From NCBI GenBank assembly GCA_044347615.1, contig JBIKUK010000007.1:58285-122284 (forward strand): a DNA stretch of 64,000 bases, given 5' to 3'. Positions within the stretch are counted from its first letter, which is position 1, and each line of letters opens with the position of its first letter. The position numbers and the translations under genes are program-made. The DNA comes from Bdellovibrionota bacterium (GTDB lineage Bacteria > Bdellovibrionota > UBA2428). Positions 9,356-19,727 of this stretch are shown piece after piece. The notes below the pieces were generated by a model. It saw nothing but the letters and a program-made list of their open reading frames with translations. It ran no database searches and was not told the origin of the DNA.

Positions 9356-10603
9356 ATGAGTCAGCAAAAACGGTCCAATGAGCGTAGAGTTGTCGTCACG
9401 GGTATGGGGTGTGTTACCTCACTCGGTTTGAATGTTTCAGATTTTTGGAAGAATCTTCTTTCAGGCAAGTCAGGAATTTCGAATATTACTTCTGTAAATA
9501 CTTCTGATTTAGATGTTCATTTTGGCGGTGAAATTAAGAACTTTGATGCGAGTCTTTGGATCAATAAAAAAGATTTGCGTCGAATGGATCGTTTTATTCA
9601 ACTAGGTCTTGCGGCAAGTTTTCAAGCGATTGAAGAAAGTAAACTAGATTTATTGCCTGATAAGCGCCGTATTGGTGTGTTGCTTTCAAGTGGTATTGGA
9701 GGATTGTCGGCGATTGAAGAATCTTCTGTCAGTCTATCTCAAGGGAAAAGACTTTCTCCCTTTTTTATTCCCTCAATTATTTCTAATTTGCTCCCTGGTC
9801 AGTTGAGTATTTTGAAAGGCTACAAGGGTGCAAATTTTTGTATCACCTCTGCTTGTTCGAGTTCAGCTCACTCTGTGGGCGAAGGTTTTCGTATGATTCA
9901 ACGGGGCGATGCTGATGCGATGGTTGTGGGGGGCAGTGAAGCTCCTCTGACACGACTTTCGATTGCTGGATTTTCGGCAATGAAAGCTTTGTCCACTCGA
10001 AATGAATTCCCTGAAAAAGCATCGAGTCCTTTTGATGTGAATCGCGATGGTTTTGTGATGAGTGAAGGGGCGGCGACTTTGATCTTAGAAAGTCTTGAGA
10101 GTGCAGAAAAAAGAGGCGCACCCATTCTTGCGGAAGTTGTGGGCTATGGAACAAATTCCGATGCGTACCATATGACTGCTCCGACTGAAAATGGTGAGGG
10201 GGCTCGTGAGTGTATGGAATATGCACTGGCAGATGCTTCACTTTCTCCAAGTCAGATTGATTATATAAACATGCATGGAACCTCAACATCTGTAGGTGAT
10301 GTCGCTGAGTCACGTGCAATCGCAACGTTAATTCCCGAGTGGAAAAAACATCTCCTTGTGAGTTCAACAAAATCGATGACAGGTCATTTGCTGGGCGCTG
10401 CAGGAGCGCTCGAAGCGTTGGCATGTGTGATGGCAATGCGTGAGGGAAGAATTCCTCCCACAATCAACTTGCATCAGCAAGATCCCGAGTGTCCGCTTGA
10501 TTACGTGGCCCACGAAAGCCGCGCGCACCAAATGAAAGCGGTTATGTCGAACAGTTTTGGTTTTGGTGGGACAAACGTATCTCTTGTTTTTAAAAAAATA
10601 TAA
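9356..10603 (+). CDS. fabF: Beta-ketoacyl-ACP synthase II
   Basis: RRVVVTGMG, SACSS, HGTST, KSMTGHLLGAAG, NSFGFGGTN. Confidence 0.96.
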   Translation: MSQQKRSNERRVVVTGMGCVTSLGLNVSDFWKNLLSGKSGISNITSVNTSDLDVHFGGEIKNFDASLWINKKDLRRMDRFIQLGLAASFQAIEESKLDLLPDKRRIGVLLSSGIGGLSAIEESSVSLSQGKRLSPFFIPSIISNLLPGQLSILKGYKGANFCITSACSSSAHSVGEGFRMIQRGDADAMVVGGSEAPLTRLSIAGFSAMKALSTRNEFPEKASSPFDVNRDGFVMSEGAATLILESLESAEKRGAPILAEVVGYGTNSDAYHMTAPTENGEGARECMEYALADASLSPSQIDYINMHGTSTSVGDVAESRAIATLIPEWKKHLLVSSTKSMTGHLLGAAGALEALACVMAMREGRIPPTINLHQQDPECPLDYVAHESRAHQMKAVMSNSFGFGGTNVSLVFKKI

Positions 10604-10679
10604 AACACTAAAGTTTTAACAACTGTCTAAAAAATCGTCTTAACAAAAGAGCCAAGCTTTAAAATTTTATGCTCTGATA

Positions 10680-10695
10680 GGGCCTTTTTCTTGCA
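10680..10695 (+). promoter_or_regulatory. Candidate sigma-54 (-24/-12) promoter
   Basis: GGGCCTTTTTCTTGCA: GG 10681-82, exactly 10 nt, GC 10693-94 within TTGCA; about 37 nt upstream of the GTG at 10732. Confidence 0.45.
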
Positions 10696-10731
10696 TCTTA
10701 CAAAGAGGGTTATTGGGTAAGGGGGCAAAGG

Positions 10732-12213
10732 GTGAGATTCTTAACAATCGATTCAATCGAAAAGATACTTAAAGTTATTTTTGTTGCGTTTTGCGTGGCA
10801 TTTTTTAGTTCCTCAGCTTTTTCTGGTGTTACGGCGCAAGACAATGATTCAAGTGAGTCTCATTCACATGGTGTTTTAAAACCCAAAACAGAAATAGTAA
10901 CAGTAACAGAAAAAGATTATCAACCCTCAGCAGCTGAACCTAATAAAAGAACTAACAACCAAGATCTAAAACAAGTTAGATCTACCATTAATGACGGGGC
11001 AAGCCGTATCGTAAAATCGTTAGGCTGTTTAGCAGAAGTTAATAACAATCAATTTGATCGTATGGTCGAAGAGTGGGGCAAGAAAATTTACGATCTCGGT
11101 GAAGCTCCTAAGATGATCACCGAAAAAACTCGCTACTCCAGTTATTTGCGCTTTGTTGCTTGGGATTATTTAAAGAGTGAAAAGATTTGTAATTCGACTT
11201 CGAACCGTTGTTATCAAAGGCTTTATAAACCAGTAGATGAGTTGTTTGCTTTGTTACGAGAGGGTGATTTAAACAATGAAACAAAAAAGAAGAAGTTAGA
11301 AGATTTAAAAATAAAAATCAGTGATGTTGTAAAAAGCATTCTTGATGAAAATAATACAAAACCTGCTTGTTTAGCTTTAGAAGAGCATGTTCTAGATGAT
11401 AAAAAAGTATCTTCTCTTTCAGAAACATCTCCTGTTTCAGATGCAAAAGTAGATACAAAAGAAGACGAAGCAAAAGATGTTAAACAAGTAACAGCCATGC
11501 CGACAAGAAAAAGTCTTTTGTTAAAGCCAGATGCTTTGGCAGATCATTCTGTTAAAGAAGAGCTTGCCACTTCAGATAAATCTAAAGTAGCAAGCGATGA
11601 AACTCGTCAAGATCCAGTAAATAAACAACAGCAATTGGGCAGTAGTGTTGCAAAATACAAAAAAGCTCTTCTTGCTGCAGGCGCAGACCCTAGAGCCGTT
11701 GATCATTCTTTGAGCTATTTTGAGGCTAACCGAGACAAGTTTAAAAACCAAAGTTACATCAGTGTGATTGATGCGACTAAAAGATCAAGTGATGAGCCGT
11801 ACTTTTTGTTAAATACCAAAACTTTGGAAGTTAAAAGATATGATGTGACTTATGGTAGTGGAAGTGTTGCGGTTAGAAATGGAATCCCAACTAATTTTTC
11901 AAAAGCAAATGTGAGTGGATCTCATCAAACGCCGGCTGGAGCTCTTTTGGTAGGGGCAAAAACAAGTGGAAATATTCATTCTCGAGTCACATTGCTTCAC
12001 GGACTTGAAGCTCGAAATAAGGCGGCACTTTCTCGTGCGGTTGTTATGCACGATTCTCCCTATGTTCATAACGGTGGAAGAAGTCATGGCTGTCCAGCAT
12101 TTGATCCGAAAGATTTTCGTGAGATTCAACCGCTGGTTTCAGGTGGATCTTTTCTTTACATTTATTCTCCTTTTGCTGATAATAGTTACCGTCGAGATAG
12201 TCGTTCTACTTAG
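10732..12213 (+). CDS. Secreted murein L,D-transpeptidase (YkuD_2-like C-terminal domain) with long N-terminal extension
   Basis: Signal peptide; C-terminal ISVIDATKRSS, VTYGSGS, LHGLEARN..ALSRAVVMH....GRSHGCPAF (His/Cys catalytic motif). Confidence 0.85.
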   Translation: MRFLTIDSIEKILKVIFVAFCVAFFSSSAFSGVTAQDNDSSESHSHGVLKPKTEIVTVTEKDYQPSAAEPNKRTNNQDLKQVRSTINDGASRIVKSLGCLAEVNNNQFDRMVEEWGKKIYDLGEAPKMITEKTRYSSYLRFVAWDYLKSEKICNSTSNRCYQRLYKPVDELFALLREGDLNNETKKKKLEDLKIKISDVVKSILDENNTKPACLALEEHVLDDKKVSSLSETSPVSDAKVDTKEDEAKDVKQVTAMPTRKSLLLKPDALADHSVKEELATSDKSKVASDETRQDPVNKQQQLGSSVAKYKKALLAAGADPRAVDHSLSYFEANRDKFKNQSYISVIDATKRSSDEPYFLLNTKTLEVKRYDVTYGSGSVAVRNGIPTNFSKANVSGSHQTPAGALLVGAKTSGNIHSRVTLLHGLEARNKAALSRAVVMHDSPYVHNGGRSHGCPAFDPKDFREIQPLVSGGSFLYIYSPFADNSYRRDSRST

Positions 12214-14824
12214 TTTTTAATTGTGTAAAGTATTTCTGACCTTCAACTATAAAAAATGTTAAAGAAGAAATAAAAAAACATATTAAAAGTTCTTTTGCGC
12301 TAAGAGCATGTGTTTTAAGAATTCTCCTTAGCGGCTCATAGTAAAGTGTTGTGAGTTGAAGAATTATTGTGAAAATAACAGAGACTAAAAACGGAATGTT
12401 TGAAAAAAATAATTTTCTATTGAGTGAGCTTTTATCTGAGCGGATCGCTAAAATATGTCCTAATTGCGATAAAGTCAGCACGGTGAAAACCATGCTTTGC
12501 CAGTGGCTTGATCCTGAGTGATAAGCCCAAGCCAGAACACAGAGGCTAAGACTCGTTATTAAAAATCCAACCCAGAGAGTATGCTCCCATAGTCCTTGTC
12601 CAAAAATACTCTCTTTAGGAGATCGGGGAGGCCGATTCATAATGTTTTCTTCTTCAGGCTCGCTCACAAGTGCGAGTCCGGGTAATCCATCTGTAATGAG
12701 ATTTATCCAAAGAATATGAATTGGCAAAAGAGGTATGGGAAGACCAAGAAAGGGAGCCAGAAAAAGTGTTCCTATTTCTGCAAGATTTCCTGTAAGAGCA
12801 TATTTAACAAATTTTCTTATGTTGTCATAAATCCTGCGGCCCTCTCGAACAGAGTCAACAATGTTTGTGAAATTATCATCTAGAAGAATCATGGCGGCCG
12901 CTTCTCTTGCGACATCGCTTCCTGTTTTCCCCATGGCAATTCCTATGTTTGCTCTTTTTAAAGCAGGAGCATCATTTACGCCATCTCCGGTCATGGCGAC
13001 AAACTCACCCTTGTCCTGAAGGGCTTGAACGATTTTGATTTTGTGCTCGGGAGAAACGCGGGCGTAAACTCGAATATTTTGAACCTGAGCTTTTAGTTCA
13101 TTAGGTGAAATTTTTTCAACTTGAGATCCTGTTAAGACAAAATTTTCAGCGTCTTTTTGTAAAAGATGAAAAGAAATAATGCCCAGTCTTTGAGCAATTG
13201 TCAGAGCGGTAGCGGGATGGTCTCCTGTGATCATAGCAACATGAATAGATGCTTTTTGGCAAACTTCGATGGCCTCTTTCACACCTGGTCTGGGCGGATC
13301 GATCAGGCCTACTAAATTCAGAAAGCTTAAGTTTTTTTCAATTGTTGCAGGGCTTGGATTGCTGGGTATTTCTGATATTTCTTTAAAAGCAAAGGCAATC
13401 ACTCGATGTCCCTTTGCCGCCATTGTGTGAGCAGCATTGAGCAGGTGGGTTGCGTTTAGAAGAGTGTTTTTTTTTTCTTCCGATTCAAAATCACAGCAGG
13501 AGATTATTTTTTCAGGAGCCCCTTTTGTAAAAACAAATAATTTTTTTTCTTTTTTATGAACGGTAGTCATCATCGAACGCTCAGAAGAAAAAGGGAATTC
13601 GTAAACTCTATGAAATCTTTTTTCGAGTTCTTCCTTGTGAAACCCTTTTAAATCCGCTTCGTGAAAGAGGGCGTTTTCGGTGGGGTCACCACAAAGTTGC
13701 TTATTTTCACCTCGGTAGCTGTCGTTGCAAAGAGCCATAGCGAAATAAAATATTTCATTTTTGAGAGGGTCTTTTTTAAGATCAAAAGCATAATCTTCTA
13801 CTCTCATGCGATTCTCTGTTAGGGTCCCCGTTTTGTCGGTACAAATGAAAGTCACCGAACCAAGTGTTTCAACAGCCGGAAGGCTTCTGATAAGAGTTTT
13901 TCGAAGGATCATTTTTTTAGCTCCAAATGCAAGCAGAAGCGTGACAATAGCTGGTAATGCTTCGGGTATGGCTGCCACCGCAAGGCTCAAGGCTGTCATG
14001 AACATTAGCAGAGCTTTTTCGCCTCTTAGTATACCGACGATAAAAATGATAAAGCAGAGAGTTAAGACGCCTAAAGATATTTTTTTTCCAAAATCATTCA
14101 GTTTTTTTTGAAGGGGAGTTTGGATTTCTTTTTCAATGTTTAAAAGTCCTGCAATTCGACCAAGTTCCGTTTTCATTCCAGTAGACACAACAATTCCCTT
14201 TGCTCGGCCGTGAGTGACGGTTGTACCTTTGAAGGCCATATTAAATTGGTCACCAATAAAGACTGAATCATGGTTGATTATTTGTTGTGCATTTTTATTG
14301 ATTGAGAGCGATTCTCCCGTAAGGAGAGCTTCTTGGATTTGGAGTTCATGGCTTTCGATAAGTCGTATGTCAGCAGGTACGAGCGATCCTGTTTCTAAGA
14401 TAATGACATCTCCGATTACAAGGGTTTCGCTTGAAAGAGTTTTTCTCCTAGCGGATCGAATAACGTCTGTCGAAAATGTAGAAAATGTTTTGAGTAAGTT
14501 GAGCGCTTTTTCTGCTTTATATTCTTGAGCAAATCCAAGCACAGCGTTGAGTAAAACGATTATTGCGATGGCAAAAGTATCTTCTACTTCCCCAAAAAAG
14601 CTCGCTAAAAAAGCAGCGCATATTAAAATAAGAATCATAATATTTGAGAATTGATTCAGGAAAATTTGGAAAGCAGTTTTTCTTTTTTTAATTTTGATTA
14701 TGTTTAGGCCCTCACGTTCTAATCGAAGCGAGGCCTCTAAATCATCTAATCCGTTGACGAGGCAGGTGCTGAGTCTTTGGGTTATTTGTAAGAGTGAGTC
14801 TTTATACCAAGTTTCCATGGTCAT
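12206..14824 (-). CDS. P-type ATPase, type IIA (Ca2+-transporting, PacL/YloB-like)
   Basis: LTGES, AIPEALP, DKTGTLT, KGAPE, TGDH, MTGDGVNDAPAL, WINLITDGLP. Start set at ATG 14824 (MTMETWY). Confidence 0.93.
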   Translation of the reverse strand: MTMETWYKDSLLQITQRLSTCLVNGLDDLEASLRLEREGLNIIKIKKRKTAFQIFLNQFSNIMILILICAAFLASFFGEVEDTFAIAIIVLLNAVLGFAQEYKAEKALNLLKTFSTFSTDVIRSARRKTLSSETLVIGDVIILETGSLVPADIRLIESHELQIQEALLTGESLSINKNAQQIINHDSVFIGDQFNMAFKGTTVTHGRAKGIVVSTGMKTELGRIAGLLNIEKEIQTPLQKKLNDFGKKISLGVLTLCFIIFIVGILRGEKALLMFMTALSLAVAAIPEALPAIVTLLLAFGAKKMILRKTLIRSLPAVETLGSVTFICTDKTGTLTENRMRVEDYAFDLKKDPLKNEIFYFAMALCNDSYRGENKQLCGDPTENALFHEADLKGFHKEELEKRFHRVYEFPFSSERSMMTTVHKKEKKLFVFTKGAPEKIISCCDFESEEKKNTLLNATHLLNAAHTMAAKGHRVIAFAFKEISEIPSNPSPATIEKNLSFLNLVGLIDPPRPGVKEAIEVCQKASIHVAMITGDHPATALTIAQRLGIISFHLLQKDAENFVLTGSQVEKISPNELKAQVQNIRVYARVSPEHKIKIVQALQDKGEFVAMTGDGVNDAPALKRANIGIAMGKTGSDVAREAAAMILLDDNFTNIVDSVREGRRIYDNIRKFVKYALTGNLAEIGTLFLAPFLGLPIPLLPIHILWINLITDGLPGLALVSEPEEENIMNRPPRSPKESIFGQGLWEHTLWVGFLITSLSLCVLAWAYHSGSSHWQSMVFTVLTLSQLGHILAIRSDKSSLNRKLFFSNIPFLVSVIFTIILQLTTLYYEPLRRILKTHALSAKELLICFFISSLTFFIVEGQKYFTQLKTK

Positions 14825-14937
14825 CGAAGTGGTTTTTAGTGAGTTTGTCTTTATGAAGACAAGGCACAACTATATTAAAAACGCTTAGATTTAAGAAATT
14901 TTGTTTAGATCTTTTGATTCTGCTTTTCTCTCAAGCA

Positions 14938-14966
14938 TTGCGTCTAGAGCGTCTCTTGCATAAGAT
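14938..14966 (+). promoter_or_regulatory. Sigma-70-type promoter, probably leaderless rpiB
   Basis: TTGCGT-17 nt-TAAGAT, then 6 nt to ATG 14973; no SD. Confidence 0.6.
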
Positions 14967-14972
14967 TGTTTT

Positions 14973-15410
14973 ATGGAACTCTTTATTGCTTCTGATCACG
15001 CTGGGCTTGAGTTGAAAGAAGAGCTCAAAAAAAACTTCCCGCTAATTAACTGGATTGATTTGGGAACACATTCAAAGGAATCTACGCCGTACCCTCAGCA
15101 TGCTCAAAAGTTTTGTCAAAAGGTTCTTGAAAAAAAATCAGGTGATTTAATCGATCCCCAAGGAGTTTTAATTTGTGGTTCAGGAGTAGGGGTTTCGATG
15201 CAAGCTAATCGCTTTAAGGGAATTCGAGCGGCTCTTTGTTGGAACGAGGAAGTTGCTAAATTAAGCCGCAAGCACAATGCTTCCAACGTTTTATGTTTAG
15301 GAGCCCGTTTAATAAGCACTCAAATGGCCTCGTCTATTTTCAAGACATGGATTGAGACTTCCTTTGAAAGTGGTCGTCATCTTGAACGAATAAAGATGAT
15401 GGATCTTTAA
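14973..15410 (+). CDS. rpiB: Ribose-5-phosphate isomerase B
   Basis: IASDHAG, ICGSGVG, ANRFKGIRAA, HNASNVLCLGAR, FESGRH. Confidence 0.95.
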   Translation: MELFIASDHAGLELKEELKKNFPLINWIDLGTHSKESTPYPQHAQKFCQKVLEKKSGDLIDPQGVLICGSGVGVSMQANRFKGIRAALCWNEEVAKLSRKHNASNVLCLGARLISTQMASSIFKTWIETSFESGRHLERIKMMDL

Positions 15411-15463
15411 TTTTTCTAGAAGCTGCGCTGACATTTTCCCCTCACTACTGCTAGCCTCAATTC

Positions 15464-16777
15464 ATGAGTTTTTCCCAGGATTTTGAACGAACTTTGAACG
15501 CTCATTTTAAAGAATCACTTCCTCTTCATGATCCCGAGATTTGGGGATCGATGGTCAAGGAATTTGGCCGTCAGCGAGATCACTTGGAGCTCATTGCCAG
15601 CGAAAATTATACCTCTCGAGCTGTCATTGAAGCCATGGGAAGCATCCTCACAAATAAATATGCCGAAGGTTATCCTGGAAAAAGATACTACGGTGGTTGC
15701 GAATTTGTAGATGAAGTAGAGAATATCGCACGTCAAAGAGCCGCTGAGCTTTTTCGTATGGGAGATTTTGTCCCTCATGTGAACGTGCAGTCCCACGCAG
15801 GGGCTCAAGCCAATCAAGCGGTTTTTTTAGCTCTTCTTCAGCCAGGAGATACTTATCTTGCGTGCAGCCTCAGTCACGGCGGGCATCTCACTCATGGCTC
15901 GCCTGTGAATTTATCGGGCAAGTGGTTTAAGCCCGTTCACTATGGTGTGAAACGTGAAACAGAACGTATCGACATGGACGAAGTGCGAGACATTGCCAAA
16001 AAGGAAAGACCCAAATTAATCATTGCAGGTTACAGCAGCTATGCGCGTGTTTTGGATTTTAAAACCTTTCGTGAAATCGCTGATGAAGTGGGTGCAAAAT
16101 TGATGGTTGATATGGCTCATTTTTCTGGAATTGTGGCAGCTAAACAACATCCTAGTCCTTTTCCTCATGCCCATTTTGTTACCACAACAACGCACAAAAC
16201 CTTGCGTGGTCCGCGTTCGGGAATGATTATGTGTCATCCCGAGTTTGCAAAGGCCATTGATAGCGCGGTTTTCCCTGGTTTTCAGGGGGGCCCCTTGATG
16301 CATGTGATTGCAGGAAAAGCGGTGTGCTTTAAAGAAGCGATGACCGACGAATTTAAGCGTTATATCGATCAAGTGCTATCAAACGCAAAAGCTCTCGCAG
16401 AAACACTCGCCTCCCATGGTTACAGAGTGGTGAGCGGGGGAACGGATAATCATTTATGTGTGATTGATTTAACTTCAAAAGAAGTAAGCGGACGAGATGC
16501 TGAAGTGGCTCTTGATCACGCTGGACTTAATGCTAACCGCAACACAATCCCCTACGACACAAAATCACCCCTTGTAACGAGTGGAATTCGTTTGGGAACT
16601 CCGGCTCTCACCAGCCGAGGAATGCGTGAGGCTGAAATGGTTGAGGTGGCAGGCTTCATCCATGAATCCATTCAAAAAAGAAATGATTTAGAAAAATTAG
16701 CAGGCTTAAAGAAAAAAGTAGAAGAGTTTGCGCGTAATTTTCCTCTTTATGACGGAGCGCTTGTTCGAACAGTTTAG
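15464..16777 (+). CDS. glyA: Serine hydroxymethyltransferase
   Basis: [41 protein letters not shown]. Confidence 0.98.
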   Translation: MSFSQDFERTLNAHFKESLPLHDPEIWGSMVKEFGRQRDHLELIASENYTSRAVIEAMGSILTNKYAEGYPGKRYYGGCEFVDEVENIARQRAAELFRMGDFVPHVNVQSHAGAQANQAVFLALLQPGDTYLACSLSHGGHLTHGSPVNLSGKWFKPVHYGVKRETERIDMDEVRDIAKKERPKLIIAGYSSYARVLDFKTFREIADEVGAKLMVDMAHFSGIVAAKQHPSPFPHAHFVTTTTHKTLRGPRSGMIMCHPEFAKAIDSAVFPGFQGGPLMHVIAGKAVCFKEAMTDEFKRYIDQVLSNAKALAETLASHGYRVVSGGTDNHLCVIDLTSKEVSGRDAEVALDHAGLNANRNTIPYDTKSPLVTSGIRLGTPALTSRGMREAEMVEVAGFIHESIQKRNDLEKLAGLKKKVEEFARNFPLYDGALVRTV

Positions 16778-16810
16778 TTCGCCTATTTATTTTCACAACA
16801 GGGAGTTTTT

Positions 16811-17299
16811 ATGAAGTGTCCATTTTGTCGAAGCGAAGAGGGTAAGGTTTTAGACTCTCGTCCTGATCCCGAGGGAAAAAGTATACGTCGTCGCCGTGAA
16901 TGTACAAGTTGTGGTCGTAAATGGCGGACACTTGAACGTGTAGAAGATGAGATGCCTTTGGTCATAAAAAAGAATGCGACCTATGAACCCTTTGATCGAG
17001 AAAAGCTTTTGGGTTCGATGAAAGTTTCATGCGGAAAGCGTCCGGTCACCTTAGCTCAACTCGAAAAAATTATTGCAGACATTGAGTGGGATTTACTTTC
17101 AAGTTGCGTGGGCGCTGTGGAAAGTACAGTCCTGGGTGAGAAAATTATGATGGCTTTAAAACAGGTCGATGAAATTGCTTATATTCGTTACGCCAGTGTT
17201 TATCGTCGCTTTAAAGACGCAGAGGAATTGATTTCAGAAATGAGAGGTCTCATTGATGAAGATTCTCATGAAGGTAAAGAGCCTGGATTAAGTTCTTAA
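16811..17299 (+). CDS. nrdR: Transcriptional repressor NrdR
   Basis: MKCPFC...IRRRRECTSC zinc ribbon, ATP cone, AYIRYASVYRRF. Confidence 0.97.
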   Translation: MKCPFCRSEEGKVLDSRPDPEGKSIRRRRECTSCGRKWRTLERVEDEMPLVIKKNATYEPFDREKLLGSMKVSCGKRPVTLAQLEKIIADIEWDLLSSCVGAVESTVLGEKIMMALKQVDEIAYIRYASVYRRFKDAEELISEMRGLIDEDSHEGKEPGLSS

Positions 17300-17318
17300 A
17301 ATTAATTTTATTTTTTAT

Positions 17319-17891
17319 TTATTTTTCTAAAACTTCTGGTGTAAAAGCTTTTCCTTGAAAGGGGATGACGATCTGGCGTTCGTAAGCATCTATTGAAGTG
17401 TAAAAACGATTATCTCCTTCAATTTTTAAAGAAAGAGTTTGGGGATTTAAATTGTAGGAATCTATTAATGTTTTTCGTGTTTCCGCGGAGACTTTCCCAT
17501 CTTGGAATTTTTGAATAGATGTGTCGATATAAGACCATTTTATAAAACTCTTACAAACAAGTTCTTCAGAGTTTCCTCCAAGATCAGAAGATTTGAGGTC
17601 TTTTGTCTCTTCCGCTAATTCTAGAGCAGCCTTGAAACATGATTCCATACTGACAGCTCTAAAATCTCCACCAATTTTATTTTTAACTCGTGAGTATATC
17701 CTTCGATTATTCTCACCAGGAATTTTTATCTCATGTCCTTTTTTATAAACAACTTCACTAAACAAGAAGCTTTTCTCTTTTTTTGTGAAATCTTTAAAAA
17801 AGTGGCAGCTCGCAACCATTGTACAGATCAGGTCATCTGCCATTAAGTTTTGAGTGATAAACAAAGTTGTGATGAGAAATAATTTTTTCAT
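17319..17891 (-). CDS. Secreted hypothetical protein
   Basis: 190-aa ORF, MKKLFLITTLFITQNLMA signal peptide, 4 Cys; no family recognised. Confidence 0.65.
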   Translation of the reverse strand: MKKLFLITTLFITQNLMADDLICTMVASCHFFKDFTKKEKSFLFSEVVYKKGHEIKIPGENNRRIYSRVKNKIGGDFRAVSMESCFKAALELAEETKDLKSSDLGGNSEELVCKSFIKWSYIDTSIQKFQDGKVSAETRKTLIDSYNLNPQTLSLKIEGDNRFYTSIDAYERQIVIPFQGKAFTPEVLEK

Positions 17892-17908
17892 TACTTTAGC
17901 TTCCTTTT

Positions 17909-19033
17909 TTAGTTTTGGTTGATTGCTTTAAGCGAAAGCCCTCGGGGGAGTTTGTTTTTATTTTCTTCTGAAGATCTTATTTCAGGTTGTGAAGATGTTC
18001 CTATATTGCCATGTTTTGAAAACTCGCCATTCATTATTTTTTTGTAAAGTTCTGCTCGAGGATGGTCGCTTGCATTTGCATCAGGTCCATTTCCCACGTA
18101 AGGATCAAAGGTGTTGTCTTTTTTTCTTCCGCTATTGCCGCCGACTCCTGGAACGCCAGGAAATCCATGTGCAAGTTCGTTACGTGCATTGAGGGCGGGA
18201 TAACCACCTTTTCCGCCTTTTTGGCTGTAATAAACATTTAAATCAAAATGTTCAGCGTTCAGAATGATTGAACCAGCGTCGCCACCGTCGCCTCCAGAAC
18301 CAGCAGGACCGGGAAGGCCACCGGGACTTCCTCTTTCGCCAGGGGTAGCCATAATTTCTGGGCGAAAGACAGTTTTCTTTCCGGTTATTTTATTTAAAAC
18401 TTTTCCAGCATCGCCGAGGCTTTTTTCAGGGGCATAATTTTTTCCGTCAGCGCCACGAATACCTTCCACAGAAGCACTTCCGCCTGGGCCACCGGGACCA
18501 CCGTTTTGCCCATCGTTAAGGATTGTGAGATTGCCGACTATGTGAGTTGCTTTGAGGTGAATAATATTTGCTGATTTTCCATCAGTGCCCTTATATCCGG
18601 GCAGGCCATCTTTCGCTGCTTCTTTGGGTGAGGGCGGAGAAATAGGCTGAATATTTGTAACAAGGTTTTTTTCAAAGCTTTTAATAACTGTCGATTTTGC
18701 AGAGAGAGTATCGTTAGCTTCAATGAAAAGAGGGTATCCATTGGTAATGATTGTGACATTGTCGAGACTGAAGTTTTCAGCAGCTTTAATTGTTACAGAG
18801 TTATTGAGAATATAAACGGATCCTCCAAGAGCGGTAGGATCTTCTTTTCTAATAATTGCTTGGGGCTCATTTTCACTTAAGCGCTTCATCCCCATGTCTT
18901 TTGATTGAACTTCTAAAATAAAGGCTCCAGCTTTTTGCGAAGGAGCGGCATTCAGGAGTGAGTAAGGGTAAAGTGTGAAGCTAAAGATTAGAAGAAAGCT
19001 TTTTTTACTACAAAATCCTAAATTTTTAAGCAT
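17909..19033 (-). CDS. Secreted Gly-rich collagen/PGRS-like protein
   Basis: N-terminal hydrophobic segment; interrupted G-X-Y and GGX runs (GLPGYKGTDG, GQNGGPGGPGG, GERGSPGGLPGPAGSGGDGGDAG). Confidence 0.7.
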   Translation of the reverse strand: MLKNLGFCSKKSFLLIFSFTLYPYSLLNAAPSQKAGAFILEVQSKDMGMKRLSENEPQAIIRKEDPTALGGSVYILNNSVTIKAAENFSLDNVTIITNGYPLFIEANDTLSAKSTVIKSFEKNLVTNIQPISPPSPKEAAKDGLPGYKGTDGKSANIIHLKATHIVGNLTILNDGQNGGPGGPGGSASVEGIRGADGKNYAPEKSLGDAGKVLNKITGKKTVFRPEIMATPGERGSPGGLPGPAGSGGDGGDAGSIILNAEHFDLNVYYSQKGGKGGYPALNARNELAHGFPGVPGVGGNSGRKKDNTFDPYVGNGPDANASDHPRAELYKKIMNGEFSKHGNIGTSSQPEIRSSEENKNKLPRGLSLKAINQN

Positions 19034-19038
19034 GCGGC

Positions 19039-19067
19039 ACTTTAACGATAATAACGCACATAGTCAA
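19039..19067 (-). promoter_or_regulatory. Sigma-70-type promoter directly before the collagen-like gene
   Basis: Minus strand TTGACT-17 nt-TAAAGT, 5 nt before ATG 19033. Confidence 0.6.
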
Positions 19068-19109
19068 TATCATTTGATGCTTAATAAAGGTTTAAAATAT
19101 GTTTTAAGG

Positions 19110-19694
19110 CTATTTGGGGCTGTTGCTCAGGATTGAATTAATGATTTCTGATTGGGTTTCTAGAATTTTTTTTAGTTGTAAAGGGATTTCGTTTTTGAGT
19201 TCTAAGAGGTGTTTAAAGTCTTTTTGGTCATCTGAAACTAAATTCACAATTTGAACAAGAGCTTGGCCTTTTGATTCTGCTTTCCAAGTTAAAAGACCCT
19301 CAAGTCGATACAGTCTTTCATTTTGAGTTCCAGATTCATTTTTTTTATAATCGATCAAATTTACACGAAAAGGTATGTGAAAAATTTGAGCTTTTTCAGA
19401 TTTGAGAGGAGTTTTGAATTCGTAGCTGATGTTGTTGGAGTCGATCGAGAAGTCTCTTAAAATTTTAGATGATTCAGCCATGAGAGCTTTTGGGTATTCT
19501 AATCTTGAGAATTCAGGAATTTCTTTCCATTTAGATTTGTTTAAGAAAGGTTTTCCATGTGTAAAGGGAGGATTGTTTAAGGGGAGGGGGCCTTGAGCGT
19601 AGATTGTAAAATTAAAGAAGTTAAAGAAAAAAAGAAAAAAAAATTTATATGAATTAATGGAGGAACTTTTGTTGTTTTTTTGCGAAAGCAACAT
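19110..19694 (-). CDS. Hypothetical exported/membrane protein
   Basis: 194-aa ORF with Phe-rich hydrophobic N-terminal segment; TTGAGA-17-TAGATT 8 nt upstream. Confidence 0.55.
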   Translation of the reverse strand: MLLSQKNNKSSSINSYKFFFLFFFNFFNFTIYAQGPLPLNNPPFTHGKPFLNKSKWKEIPEFSRLEYPKALMAESSKILRDFSIDSNNISYEFKTPLKSEKAQIFHIPFRVNLIDYKKNESGTQNERLYRLEGLLTWKAESKGQALVQIVNLVSDDQKDFKHLLELKNEIPLQLKKILETQSEIINSILSNSPK

Positions 19695-19727
19695 CGCAGC
19701 AAAATCTACAAGAGGAATTGAATTCTC

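Noticed and set aside
13467-13476. A10 homopolymer in the P-type ATPase as a phase-variation tract
   Set aside because: The gene is intact and in frame, and A/T runs are common in this AT-rich sequence; read-level data would be needed.
14863-14880. Possible NrdR box near the ATPase/rpiB divergent region
   Set aside because: Poor match to the palindromic NrdR consensus, single copy, and no nrd genes nearby.
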